Assembly: GCA_043228905.1 (NCBI GenBank)
Contig: JBHGNT010000014.1
Location: 496,001-560,000 of the forward strand
Length of the DNA: 64,000 nucleotides
DNA from: Azolla caroliniana
Taxonomy: Eukaryota; Plantae; Polypodiophyta
Reading direction: 5' to 3'
The notes under the pieces are model-generated. The model did no database searches and was not told the origin of the DNA. It saw only the letters and a list, made by a program, of their open reading frames with translations. Below, one piece after another: positions 52,901-64,000 of this stretch (position 1 is its first letter; each line of letters begins with the position of its first letter). Made by a program: the position numbers and the translations under genes.

Positions 52901-55353
52901 GTCATCTATGAACATCATGAAGTACTGTGATCCAGCGTGTGACTTCATGTCCACTTGACACAAATCGGTATGCACCAGCTTTAGTGGTGCATTCCGTCTC
53001 ATCGGTGGTCTTGACTGGAAGGAGGTTCGGTTTTGCTTGCCGATCAAGCAATCAATGCACTTCTCAAGTTGCACGTCCTTCACCAGAATGAGATTGTCTT
53101 CGACAAGTCTCTTTATCCCTTTCTGACTCATGTGACACAACCTCTTGTGCCAAAGCTCACCGGCAGTGTCGGATGCTACATTCACTTCTTCCCGGCATAT
53201 TCGGGAATGTATCAAATACAACGTGTTGATCTTCCGGGCTCGAGCCACGATCAGGCTTCCTTTGTTGAATTTCATGACTCCGTTTCGGATGTGACTAGTG
53301 TAACCTTCATCATCTAGCCGATCGGCTAATATCAGGTTCAACCGAACCTTCGGAACGTGTTGGACATCCTTCAGCAAGAACTTGCACCTGGTTGATGTTA
53401 TCAACCACACATCTCCTATGCCGACAATTCGGCATGCACCTTCATTCCCCATCCGAACACAACCGTGATCACCGGCTGTGTAGGATGAGAAGCATCTCCG
53501 GTCAGGTGTCAAATGAAACGACGCTCCGGAATCGACAACCCATGTTGTCTCCTCGCCAACAACATTTAAGTCAATCTCTTCAGTAATGAGCATCAATTCT
53601 TCTTCACTTGTCGTGATCGCCGACGTTCCTCTTCTCTCCAAAATCTTCTTCGGTTCCGGTCTATCGGCTCCCCCTTTGGATTTCCGGAAGTGTCGGCAAT
53701 TCTTCTGGAAATGCCCCAGCTTTCCACAATAAAAGCAACTGGGCCTTCCCCTTGTCTTTGACCTCATCCCCGATTTTTCCCGGTTTTGGGGACTCCGATA
53801 CCGGTCTCTTCCCCGGTAATGGTCACCTTCTGTGACCAAGGCCTTTGGATCAGTTCCAAACTCCTAGTCCTTCCAGCGAGCTTTTTCATCTAACAAGCTT
53901 GATTTTACCCTTGCTAGGGACAACTGCTTTCCTTCGGGCCCGACGTTTGCCAAAGTGACAACTAGCGTCTCCCAATTGTCCAGGAGGGAGCTGAGCAGGA
54001 GCAATGCAAGAACCTCGTCGGTTAGAGGTACTTCGAGCGAAGTTGTTTGGTTTATGAGCCCCTGAAATGCATTCATGTGCTCCACCATGCTGGATCCGTC
54101 TTGGTACTGGAGTCTCACTAACTTCTCGAATACCGAAACCCGATTTACGACGTTTTTACTCTCCAGCATGGTGCTGATTTTCTCCCAGAGAACATGAGCC
54201 TTACTTTCTTCATTGAAGTTGTTGTAGAGGCTCATGTCGATGAAGCACAAAATGTATGCCGCCTCTTCATGTGCATCAACTCCCATGTCGTGCCATGGGA
54301 TCTTGTCTGGTTTATTGTCCCCGAACTGTACCGGCAGCCAGAGATCTTTGACCATGAGCATGTCCCTCATCTTCGACTTCCACACTAGGTAGTTGGAGAC
54401 GATGAGCTTGAACATGCTTCTGAATGACACTTCCATTTTCAACCTGACTTTGATACTGAAAAGAGAGATGAAGATAGAAAAGAGAGAGAAGGAAGATATA
54501 GAAACCCAAATCTACAAAGATATATTAATAAGGAGTGATGATCATAGAAACAAGAGAAAGAAGATACATAAACTCAAGCCTACAAGGATGAATTGATCAC
54601 TAGAAAAACGCGCTACATGAATAGGCAAGAAAAACCCCACAAGAAAAAAGCTCCTCCTCACCACCTCACTCTTCTTGCTTTATATGAAGTTCTCCTCTAG
54701 TAGATAAGTTTCGCTTGCTTTCTTTTCCACGCTTTTTTTAGAGCTTTTCCATCTCCTATTCTTAGCTATGACACAATGATCTTCTAATCGTCATATCTCC
54801 CTCATCCATGCTCCAAATTTAGAGTTTTAAAAAGCTACGGATAGCTCTCGTCATAAGCTTTCTAACCCATATTTACACATTATATTTGGCTTCCAAACGA
54901 ATGAGTTATGAGCGTTCGTTGTAGACTGCATTTTGGTGCCCGCTTTTTTCTTCTTTTACTTTTCTCCACATGACTTGCTTTTTGTTTGACTTATCCTCAA
55001 GACCTTAGCTCGTGATCTTGCCCTCCAAATGTGAATCCTCCATACCTTATATTCTTTTAGTGTCCAATGGCTTGAATTCTAAAAACAGTTTCACATTTAG
55101 CCCTCCCCCTTGCTTCTTGGTGAACCATTTATGGTGAACCCTAAGCTACTAATAAAACTAAAGGTTCTCCTTCGCCTTATTCATGGCTATAGACAAAGAA
55201 GGAGAAAATAAATAGAAAAGAAACAAACTATGTGAGTAAAACCCCCGCTAGTCGATAGGAAAAACCTCACACTTCTAAACACACACACATACACATTGAC
55301 AATTGCCATCACCATCTTTCTCCTTGTCAACACAAAGAAAGAGGTTACAACAA

Positions 55354-57027
55354 TTAGTATATCTTCATCAACTTTCCAAACAGAAGTAGGTCTATGTGAT
55401 ACATAACTCTTGATAGAAGTAAGCATGTTAACATATGAATAAATCTTTCGAGCGAGCGAACCTTTTGTACAAATACCTTCAAAACTTCGAGACTTGTCAG
55501 AATTGTCATATTTTGAATTATGTCAATCTTTGCTTCATCAACATGACTTTCTTCTTGGCACACCACATTCTCCACATTACCTTGTTTTTTATGTATGACC
55601 ATTTCATCTAGAATCTCATCTCGAAAAGGAAGCAAAAATAAATCTCGTTTGGTTGAATCATTCAAGGATTGGAAGTTGACGTCTTTCTCCTTTGGAACAA
55701 CCACAATAAGTGAGACAAACTTCAAATTCTCCAACTTGATGTGGTGCTTGATGCCTTCTACTCTTATCTGTGAATACTCATTTATGAATAACTTTGTAAA
55801 CTTAAAAAAGAGAGAAATAAACCTTAGATCCTCTTCTCCTTGGACATCGTTTGAAATCATCTTCTTTTTCCCCTTTAGGGTGATAATACTTTTCTCTTCA
55901 ATGACTTCTTCTTCCTCCTTAGACACCATGTGGAATGATTTGTTTTCCCTATCCCACGAATATTCATCAATTGTTATGCTTTCCTCTTCTTGCTTGCCAA
56001 TGTCGATAGATGATTCCTTCTCCTTTATACATTTGATTAGTTGTGGTGGATCCTTTGATGGTGATAAGTTAATGATACTCCAATCATGCATTACAAGTAA
56101 ATCTCTTGGCTCTTGGTCAAATTGTTGTTGAAGAGTTGATGCCCACATAACTTTGTTGCTACTCAATGCAAATCCAAAACATAAATCATGCACGAACACC
56201 TTCATACACTGCAACTTGGCACTTACCAATGCTTCCTTACACGCATTGATCTCCAAAAGCCAATCTCCAACTATCACTTCTAGGTTACCTTCTTCATCTT
56301 GCAACTTCGTTGTGGGTACTTCACCATCAACAACTTCTTTTGTCATATCTTCCATTTCATCTTGCACATATTCATCATCAACCACCATATCACTTGTTGT
56401 ATCAATAATGTCCTCAACATGATGTACATTGGCATCACCATCCATAACATCGCTTCTCATAACTATCTCCTTAGATTCGTCTTTCACATCATCATTCTTT
56501 ATATCATGGTTGTCCTCATGAACTAGATGGGGGGACTCCACATTCATCACCTCTTCTTCATTGTCTCTGGAATCACCTTCATAGATATCATTATAACTCC
56601 AAAAATTAGAATAATGATATGAGGGAACCTGTTGAATCGGACATTGCAAGTAGGCTGGTTGTTGGCTCATGACCGATCCACAATTATTATAGCTTGGATT
56701 TATGGTATATGACGCCGATAATCCATATGCTTCACCGAATAACAACTTCTTCAATTGTTGATCATAACTTTGACATACTCAAAGCAAATCATGGAAAGAC
56801 CTTGGGTACTTCATATGCACTTCATATTGAAAATATGGATCTAGCCCTGCTTTGAATCTTTCCATCTTGAAGTATACATCTTCAACGCCTCCAACAAGTC
56901 CAATCCAAGTGGACCATATATCCAAAAACGTCTTCTCATACTCGAGGTAGCACATTGGTGAAACCATACGCAATTGGAAAAGTTCTCTTCGTAGATCTGT
57001 TGCATCGCGAACTCCATATCGTGCCAT
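55354..57027 (-). pseudogene. K ORF copy 1: gag-like domain + acidic spacer + RT fragments (~557 codons, in-frame TGA 56779-56781)
   Basis: The 82-aa and 466-aa ORFs are in the same frame, 8 codons apart. gag-like ERFKAGLDP...YPRSFHDL; RT-like FVSLIVVVPK...LPFRDEILD and AKIDIIQNM...RFI. Confidence 0.75.
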
Positions 57028-58022
57028 TAGTTTGATGATGAATCAGTAGATCCAACCATCAATTAGTGGACAACCGTTCCTCCCGTTATACGGAAAGGAT
57101 CGGCCCTCCCTGGAGCGCCAAAAAATGAAAAGAGAGATGAAGATAGAAAAGAGAGAGAAGGAAGATATAGAAACCCAAATCTACAAAGATATATTAATAA
57201 GGAGTGATGATCATAGAAACAAGAGAAAGAAGATACATAAACTCAAGCCTACAAGGATGAATTGATCACTAGAAAAACGCGCTACATGAATAGGCAAGAA
57301 AAACCCCACAAGAAAAAAGCTCCTCCTCACCACCTCACTCTTCTTGCTTTATATGAAGTTCTCCTCTAGTAGATAAGTTTCGCTTGCTTTCTTTTCCACG
57401 CTTTTTTTAGAGCTTTTCCATCTCCTATTCTTAGCTATGACACAATGATCTTCTAATCGTCATATCTCCCTCATCCATGCTCCAAATTTAGAGTTTTAAA
57501 AAGCTACGGATAGCTCTCGTCATAAGCTTTCTAACCCATATTTACACATTATATTTGGCTTCCAAACGAATGAGTTATGAGCGTTCGTTGTAGACTGCAT
57601 TTTGGTGCCCGCTTTTTTCTTCTTTTACTTTTCTCCACATGACTTGCTTTTTGTTTGACTTATCCTCAAGACCTTAGCTCGTGATCTTGCCCTCCAAATG
57701 TGAATCCTCCATACCTTATATTCTTTTAGTGTCCAATGGCTTGAATTCTAAAAACAGTTTCACATTTAGCCCTCCCCCTTGCTTCTTGGTGAACCATTTA
57801 TGGTGAACCCTAAGCTACTAATAAAACTAAAGGTTCTCCTTCGCCTTATTCATGGCTATAGACAAAGAAGGAGAAAATAAATAGAAAAGAAACAAACTAT
57901 GTGAGTAAAACCCCCGCTAGTCGATAGGAAAAACCTCACACTTCTAAACACACACACATACACATTGACAATTGCCATCACCATCTTTCTCCTTGTCAAC
58001 ACAAAGAAAGAGGTTACAACAA

Positions 58023-59696
58023 TTAGTATATCTTCATCAACTTTCCAAACAGAAGTAGGTCTATGTGATACATAACTCTTGATAGAAGTAAGCATGTTAA
58101 CATATGAATAAATCTTTCGAGCGAGCGAACCTTTTGTACAAATACCTTCAAAACTTCGAGACTTGTCAGAATTGTCATATTTTGAATTATGTCAATCTTT
58201 GCTTCATCAACATGACTTTCTTCTTGGCACACCACATTCTCCACATTACCTTGTTTTTTATGTATGACCATTTCATCTAGAATCTCATCTCGAAAAGGAA
58301 GCAAAAATAAATCTCGTTTGGTTGAATCATTCAAGGATTGGAAGTTGATGTCTTTCTCCTTTGGAACAACCACAATAAGTGAGACAAACTTCAAATTCTC
58401 CAACTTGATGTGGTGCTTGATGCCTTCTACTCTTATCTGTGAATACTCATTTATGAATAACTTTGTAAACTTAAAAAAGAGAGAAATAAACCTTAGATCC
58501 TCTTCTCCTTGGACATCGTTTGAAATCATCTTCTTTTTCCCCTTTAGGGTGATAATACTTTTCTCTTCAATGACTTCTTCTTCCTCCTTAGACACCATGT
58601 GGAATGATTTGTTTTCCCTATCCCACGAATATTCATCAATTGTTATGCTTTCCTCTTCTTGCTTGCCAATGTCGATAGATGATTCCTTCTCCTTTATACA
58701 TTTGATTAGTTGTGGTGGATCCTTTGATGGTGATAAGTTAATGATACTCCAATCATGCATTACAAGTAAATCTCTTGGCTCTTGGTCAAATTGTTGTTGA
58801 AGAGTTGATGCCCACATAACTTTGTTGCTACTCAATGCAAATCCAAAACATAAATCATGCACGAACACCTTCATACACTGCAACTTGGCACTTACCAATG
58901 CTTCCTTACACGCATTGATCTCCAAAAGCCAATCTCCAACTATCACTTCTAGGTTACCTTCTTCATCTTGCAACTTCGTTGTGGGTACTTCACCATCAAC
59001 AACTTCTTTTGTCATATCTTCCATTTCATCTTGCACATATTCATCATCAACCACCATATCACTTGTTGTATCAATAATGTCCTCAACATGATGTACATTG
59101 GCATCACCATCCATAACATCGCTTCTCATAACTATCTCCTTAGATTCGTCTTTCACATCATCATTCTTTATATCATGGTTGTCCTCATGAACTAGATGGG
59201 GGGACTCCACATTCATCACCTCTTCTTCATTGTCTCTGGAATCACCTTCATAGATATCATTATAACTCCAAAAATTAGAATAATGATATGAGGGAACCTG
59301 TTGAATCGGACATTGCAAGTAGGCTGGTTGTTGGCTCATGACCGATCCACAATTATTATAGCTTGGATTTATGGTATATGACGCCGATAATCCATATGCT
59401 TCACCGAATAACAACTTCTTCAATTGTTGATCATAACTTTGACATACTCAAAGCAAATCATGGAAAGACCTTGGGTACTTCATATGCACTTCATATTGAA
59501 AATATGGATCTAGCCCTGCTTTGAATCTTTCCATCTTGAAGTATACATCTTCAACGCCTCCAACAAGTCCAATCCAAGTGGACCATATATCCAAAAACGT
59601 CTTCTCATACTCGAGGTAGCACATTGGTGAAACCATACGCAATTGGAAAAGTTCTCTTCGTAGATCTGTTGCATCGCGAACTCCATATCGTGCCAT
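58023..59696 (-). pseudogene. K ORF copy 2 (same in-frame TGA, 59448-59450)
   Basis: Translation identical to copy 1 except one V/I change. Confidence 0.75.
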
Positions 59697-60665
59697 TAGT
59701 TTGATGATGAATCGGTAGATCCAACCATCAATTAGTGGACAACCGTTCCTCCCGTTATACGGAAAGGATCGGCCCTCCCTGGAGCGCCAAAAAATGAAAA
59801 GAGAGATGAAGATAGAAAAGAGAGAGAAGGAAGATATAGAAACCCAAATCTACAAAGATATATTAATAAGGAGTGATGATCATAGAAACAAGAGAAAGAA
59901 GATACATAAACTCAAGCCTACAAGGATGAATTGATCACTAGAAAAACGCGCTACATGAATAGGCAAGAAAAACCCCACAAGAAAAAAGCTCCTCCTCACC
60001 ACCTCACTCTTCTTGCTTTATATGAAGTTCTCCTCTAGTAGATAAGTTTCGCTTGCTTTCTTTTCCACGCTTTTTTTAGAGCTTTTCCATCTCCTATTCT
60101 TAGCTATGACACAATGATCTTCTAATCGTCATATCTCCCTCATCCATGCTCCAAATTTAGAGTTTTAAAAAGCTACGGATAGCTCTCGTCATAAGCTTTC
60201 TAACCCATATTTACACATTATATTTGGCTTCCAAACAAATGAGTTATGAGCGTTCGTTGTAGACTGCATTTTGGTGCCCGCTTTTTTCTTCTTTTACTTT
60301 TCTCCACGTGACTTGCTTTTTGTTTGACTTATCCTCAAGACCTTAGCTCGTGATCTTGCCCTCCAAATGTGAATCCTCCATACCTTATATTCTTTTAGTG
60401 TCCAATGGCTTGAATTCTAAAAACAGTTTCACAGATACCAGTTTGAGAGGAATAGCGCTCGGCCACAACTGAGACTCAAGCACTTAATGGAAGATTAAAA
60501 CAGAAGTGGAGGTTCGTGCACTTACACCAAAGAGACAACATAGGATGTTTATGTGGAAAACCCTAATAGGGAAAAACCACGGGAGCCCATGGACTCTAAC
60601 TATCACTATGAGGGGAGGAATACAATGTGAGACACAAAGGCAACGACCTTGAGCTCTATGTCTTC

Positions 60666-61646
60666 TGTTGAGAGACAAGCTCAACATCGGCCGGATCTGC
60701 TGGGACCGATCGGTTAGGCCGAACCGGTGCGTAAAACGGATACGCAAACCGGTGCGTAACGAGAGGCCGTTAGAGAGATATTCCTCGTATGGAATAGTTT
60801 TGGGAGTAAGTGTCGAGGCTCATTGATGAGCAGTCAAGTACTGTCAGTACTTGTGTTAGCCCGATTGTCAGGGCTTGTATAAAGGTGCTCACTGAGCACA
60901 TCCTATGTATAGATTGAGTATTATTTTGAATATAGTTCTGTTTTTTACTCTCTCTTTCTCTGTGTCTCTCCCGTGCGTACTATGCAAACCTAAGCTTTCC
61001 ATTAAACTTGTGTTTTCTGTTTTTCGGTTTCCTATATTGCTTTCGCACGCCATTCTTTTCATGGTATCAGAGTGCGAGGGTTGAGAACCTCTGCAATCGA
61101 CTTTGCTTGAAGGAAAAACCAATGAAGAAGAACAAGAAAACCGATGGACAGAGGAATGGCTAGCTCGCTTCCGACGGAGAAGCTTGACAGAACCAACTAC
61201 GCATCTTGGTCCTACAAGATGCACCAGTACCTGCTGGGGCACGGTTAATGGAGCTATGTTGAAGGAGGGAATGACAGGGCACCCGAATCGACACACAAAG
61301 ACTTCCCGGTGTGGGAATAATCGGCGAGCAGAGTGTTGTACTGTTTCGCGTCTTGTGTGGGTGAACAACTATTAAGCTACGTTCGGGATGCAAAAACGCC
61401 GAAGGGTGCATGGGAAAATCTGAAGAAGATCTTCACCGCGAGCACCACAGCCAGGAAGCGTCAGCTTCGACAGGAGTTGAGCAACCTATGACAACGCGAT
61501 TTGTCGGAGGCTGACTATACCTCGAAGATCAAGGACATATGCGACTCCTTAGCTTCCATCGATGTGAACATCGAGGAAAGCGAGATGGTCCAGGTCTATC
61601 TCAGGGGTTTGGCGTCGAAGTTCGGGGCGTTCCGAATTGTTGTGTG
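60666..61646 (+). mobile_element. Ty1/copia element H (5' LTR, PBS, broken gag), inserted in the 5' LTR of C
   Basis: LTR 60666-61061 (TG..CA), PBS TGGTATCAGAG from 61062, gag from ATG 61144 (EKLDRTNYASWSYKM) with stops. Interrupted by I. Confidence 0.88.
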
Positions 61647-64000
61647 TGTTGAGAAGCAAGCTCAACATGGTATGTGATGCTTATGAGAAATAAGCTATAG
61701 TAGCTATTTAGCTACTAGTGAACAAAAAGGTAAAACAGCTATTTAGCTAGTGACAGCTAATTAGCTAGTGAACAGCTATTTAGCGACTGACAGCTAATTA
61801 GCTACTGGCAGCTAATTAGCTGCATGTGTAATAACTTATGACTTAGGTAAAAGTAAGTGAGAGTGAATAGAAAGTAAGCAGTAAGAAAAAACAGAGAATA
61901 GTGAGTAGAGAACTCTGAGAGAGTGAGAGACCAGAAGACTGACGAGAGCAAGTTGAGCTCTACATGTAATAGAAGAAAACCATTTTGCTACTACAGAGGT
62001 AAGTCCCCCTTCCTTTCTCTGTCTGTTTAGAGCACGCTAACGATCCAGCACACTACGATCCGCCGCGCATACATAAGAAGAGCCCGAGTGCCTTCTTCAC
62101 GTTTCCTTAACATGGTATCAGAGCAGAGTAGCTCGTAAGGAAGAGTATAGCAGTGCCTTAATCTGAGAAAGTTATTTCTCTGGTTGCTGATAAGAAATCA
62201 GAAAGTTACTTGTTGAAGTAACTAAAGCAAAACCCTGGTTTTTTGGAAGAAAAAAAAATGGCTGCAGAGAATGTAGGCCAAATGGTCACAGAGAAATTAG
62301 ATAAAAACAATTTCCCGGCGTGGAAATTCAGAATGACAAACTTTCTGATGGGGAAAGGATACTGGGATTACATTGAAGGAGACCTAGAAGAGGCTCCAGA
62401 GATCCCAGAAGAGAATGCAACAGCTGCACATATTAAGGCATTTAAAGATTGGAATCAAGGGGCAAGGAAAGTAATGCATTGGCTATCACTCAGCATCTCA
62501 GATTCAATGCTTGGGCATATACAAGATGCTATGCTCCCAAAAGAAGCTTGGGACAACTTGGTAAAACTGTTTGCTGTGAACACAAAGGCTAGAAAGCTCC
62601 AGTTAAAGACTGAGCTAAATACCTTGGAGAAAGGTAAGATGTCAATAAATGAATATGCCCTAAAAATCAAGAGTATATGTGAATCACTTGCTTCTATCAA
62701 TGTGAAGATAGAAGATGATGACAAAGTGGAAATATGCTTAAGAGGCTTAGGACCTCAATACAAGAGTTTTAAAACTTCTATGCTCACAAGGGATAGTATC
62801 CCAAGTTTTTCAGATCTGGTCTCAATGCTTGTGGTAGAGGAAAGGAATCAGATGGATGATGCAAATAAAGGAAACTCAGAGAACGAGGGGCAAGCCCTCT
62901 ATAATAATGCCGGAAGAGGCCGAGGAAGAGGCCATGGAAGATTTGGCTCAGGAAGAACCAATAATAATGGCTTTCAAGGAAGAGGACAACAAGCTCATAG
63001 AGGAGGAAACAACAACAGAGGCAGGGGGAGCAACCGAGGTAGAGGTAAGCAAACTTATGTAAATGATGATGGCTGCTGGTATTGTGGTAAACCAGGCCAT
63101 ACACAGGCTGAATGTTACAAGAAACAAAATGATGAGAAAAGAGGAAAAGGACAACAGAGTAACTATGCCTCTACTAGTGAAGATTGTGAAAAGGAAGGTG
63201 GTTTTGTAGTGCAACATGAGATAGCAGCAGTGGCTGAAAGCTCACAGAAATGTAATGAAGAGTTTACGTGGTATGTAGACTCGGGGGCATCTAACCATAT
63301 GACTGGACATGCAAATTGGTTTGAGAGTTTAAGAGAACCAGAGGTTCCTGGTTATGTACAAACAGGTGATGACACAACTCACCAAATAAAACATGTTGGA
63401 GATATTCCATTGTGGGAAGAAAAAGGAAAGACTAAGTGTATGTTGAATGTGATGCATGTTCCAAATCTTGCTAAGAATCTGATTTCTGTTGGACAGATAG
63501 TAGAGCAAGGTATGCAAGTGAAGTTTAAGCAAAGTGGATGCTATATAGAAAAGAATGGAAAGCTCATTGCAAAAGGGAAGAGACAAGGAAGAATGTTTAT
63601 CTTGGATGTAGAAATGCCCAAACAGATTTCAGCCATGTTTGCAAATGGAACGAGTGTAATCTCAGATGTGGAAATGTGGCATAAAAGGATTGGCCATATA
63701 AGTATGCAAACATTAAAGAATATGTTGAGAAAAGATGCAGTGGCTGGACTGCCAAACTTGAAAAAGTGTGAAATGGGAAAAGTATGTGAAGCATGTCAAT
63801 ATGGTAAGCAAAACAGGTTGCCATTCCCTCATGAGAGACATGTAAGCAAAAATCTATTGGATTTGGTACATACAGATGTATGGGGACCAACAAAGAATGC
63901 ATCTATTGGTGGATGCAGATTTTATGTTACATTTATTGATGATTGTTCACGGAAGACATGGGTGTACTTCATGAAGGAGAAAAGTGAAGTATTTGACTGC
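61647..64000 (+). mobile_element. Young Ty1/copia element I (5' LTR, PBS, gag-pol; continues past the window)
   Basis: LTR 61647-62112 (TG..CA); PBS TGGTATCAGAGC 62113-62124. Confidence 0.93.
62258..64000 (+). CDS. Copia gag-pol polyprotein of element I (3'-partial, uninterrupted in window)
   Basis: Manual translation from ATG 62258 shows no stop: gag, RG-rich region, CWYCGKPGHTQAEC knuckle, protease WYVDSGASNHMT, WHKRIGH, integrase HTDVWGP...FIDDCSRKTW. Missing from the ORF track because it runs off the window. Confidence 0.92.
   Translation, partial: MAAENVGQMVTEKLDKNNFPAWKFRMTNFLMGKGYWDYIEGDLEEAPEIPEENATAAHIKAFKDWNQGARKVMHWLSLSISDSMLGHIQDAMLPKEAWDNLVKLFAVNTKARKLQLKTELNTLEKGKMSINEYALKIKSICESLASINVKIEDDDKVEICLRGLGPQYKSFKTSMLTRDSIPSFSDLVSMLVVEERNQMDDANKGNSENEGQALYNNAGRGRGRGHGRFGSGRTNNNGFQGRGQQAHRGGNNNRGRGSNRGRGKQTYVNDDGCWYCGKPGHTQAECYKKQNDEKRGKGQQSNYASTSEDCEKEGGFVVQHEIAAVAESSQKCNEEFTWYVDSGASNHMTGHANWFESLREPEVPGYVQTGDDTTHQIKHVGDIPLWEEKGKTKCMLNVMHVPNLAKNLISVGQIVEQGMQVKFKQSGCYIEKNGKLIAKGKRQGRMFILDVEMPKQISAMFANGTSVISDVEMWHKRIGHISMQTLKNMLRKDAVAGLPNLKKCEMGKVCEACQYGKQNRLPFPHERHVSKNLLDLVHTDVWGPTKNASIGGCRFYVTFIDDCSRKTWVYFMKEKSEVFDC

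Larger units (their letters stand above)
54457..60433 (-). mobile_element. Tandem non-autonomous gypsy-derived LTR element K: LTR-int-LTR-int-LTR (period 2669 bp)
   Basis: 639-bp LTRs (TG..CA) at 54457-55095, 57126-57764 and 59795-60433. PBS TGGCGCTCCAGGGAGGG and PPT AGGGGGAGGGCTAAA on the minus strand in each unit. TSD GATAC at 54452-54456 and 60434-60438. Confidence 0.95.
49925..60665 (-). mobile_element. Ty1/copia element C (same family as B); PBS split by K, 5' LTR split by H
   Basis: 3' LTR 49925-50486 plus reverse PPT. gag-pol 54436-~50500 closely matches B. PBS halves at 54448-54456 and 60434-60440. 5' LTR fragment 60444-60665. Confidence 0.9.

Noticed and set aside
55595-59195. Plus-strand ORFs in K, and similar antisense ORFs across the pol genes
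   Set aside because: They are antisense shadows of the minus-strand coding frames.
61994-62005. Consensus splice donor AGAG|GTAAGT in LTR I
   Set aside because: No convincing acceptor was identified, and it cannot be supported without transcript data.

Overview
Land-plant nuclear DNA, probably a fern or other non-seed plant (inferred from the TE lineages, not proven). The first ~12.4 kb holds the 3' part of an intron-containing oxalate--CoA ligase gene (AAE3), a two-exon F-box/LRR gene and a ~210-bp tandem repeat. From ~12.9 kb to the end is a deeply nested retrotransposon island. I resolved it from TG..CA termini, PBS/PPT motifs and 5-bp target-site duplications (TSDs). It contains Ty1/copia elements labelled A, B, C, E, F, G, H and I plus a solo LTR; only I has an unbroken gag-pol frame. 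It also contains an RT-less non-chromovirus Ty3/gypsy with an extra 3' ORF (J), a chromovirus (D) whose LTRs carry a tRNA-like A/B-box segment, and an RTEX-like LINE with ORF1 and ORF2 in one frame, sitting in a (GA)n tract of D's LTR. The most unusual item is K, a very young non-autonomous gypsy-derived element. It forms an LTR-internal-LTR-internal-LTR tandem inserted exactly into C's primer-binding site. Its single ~557-codon frame joins a gag-like domain, an acidic spacer and in-frame RT fragments that lack the catalytic core. All family assignments come from motif recognition by eye; no searches were run.
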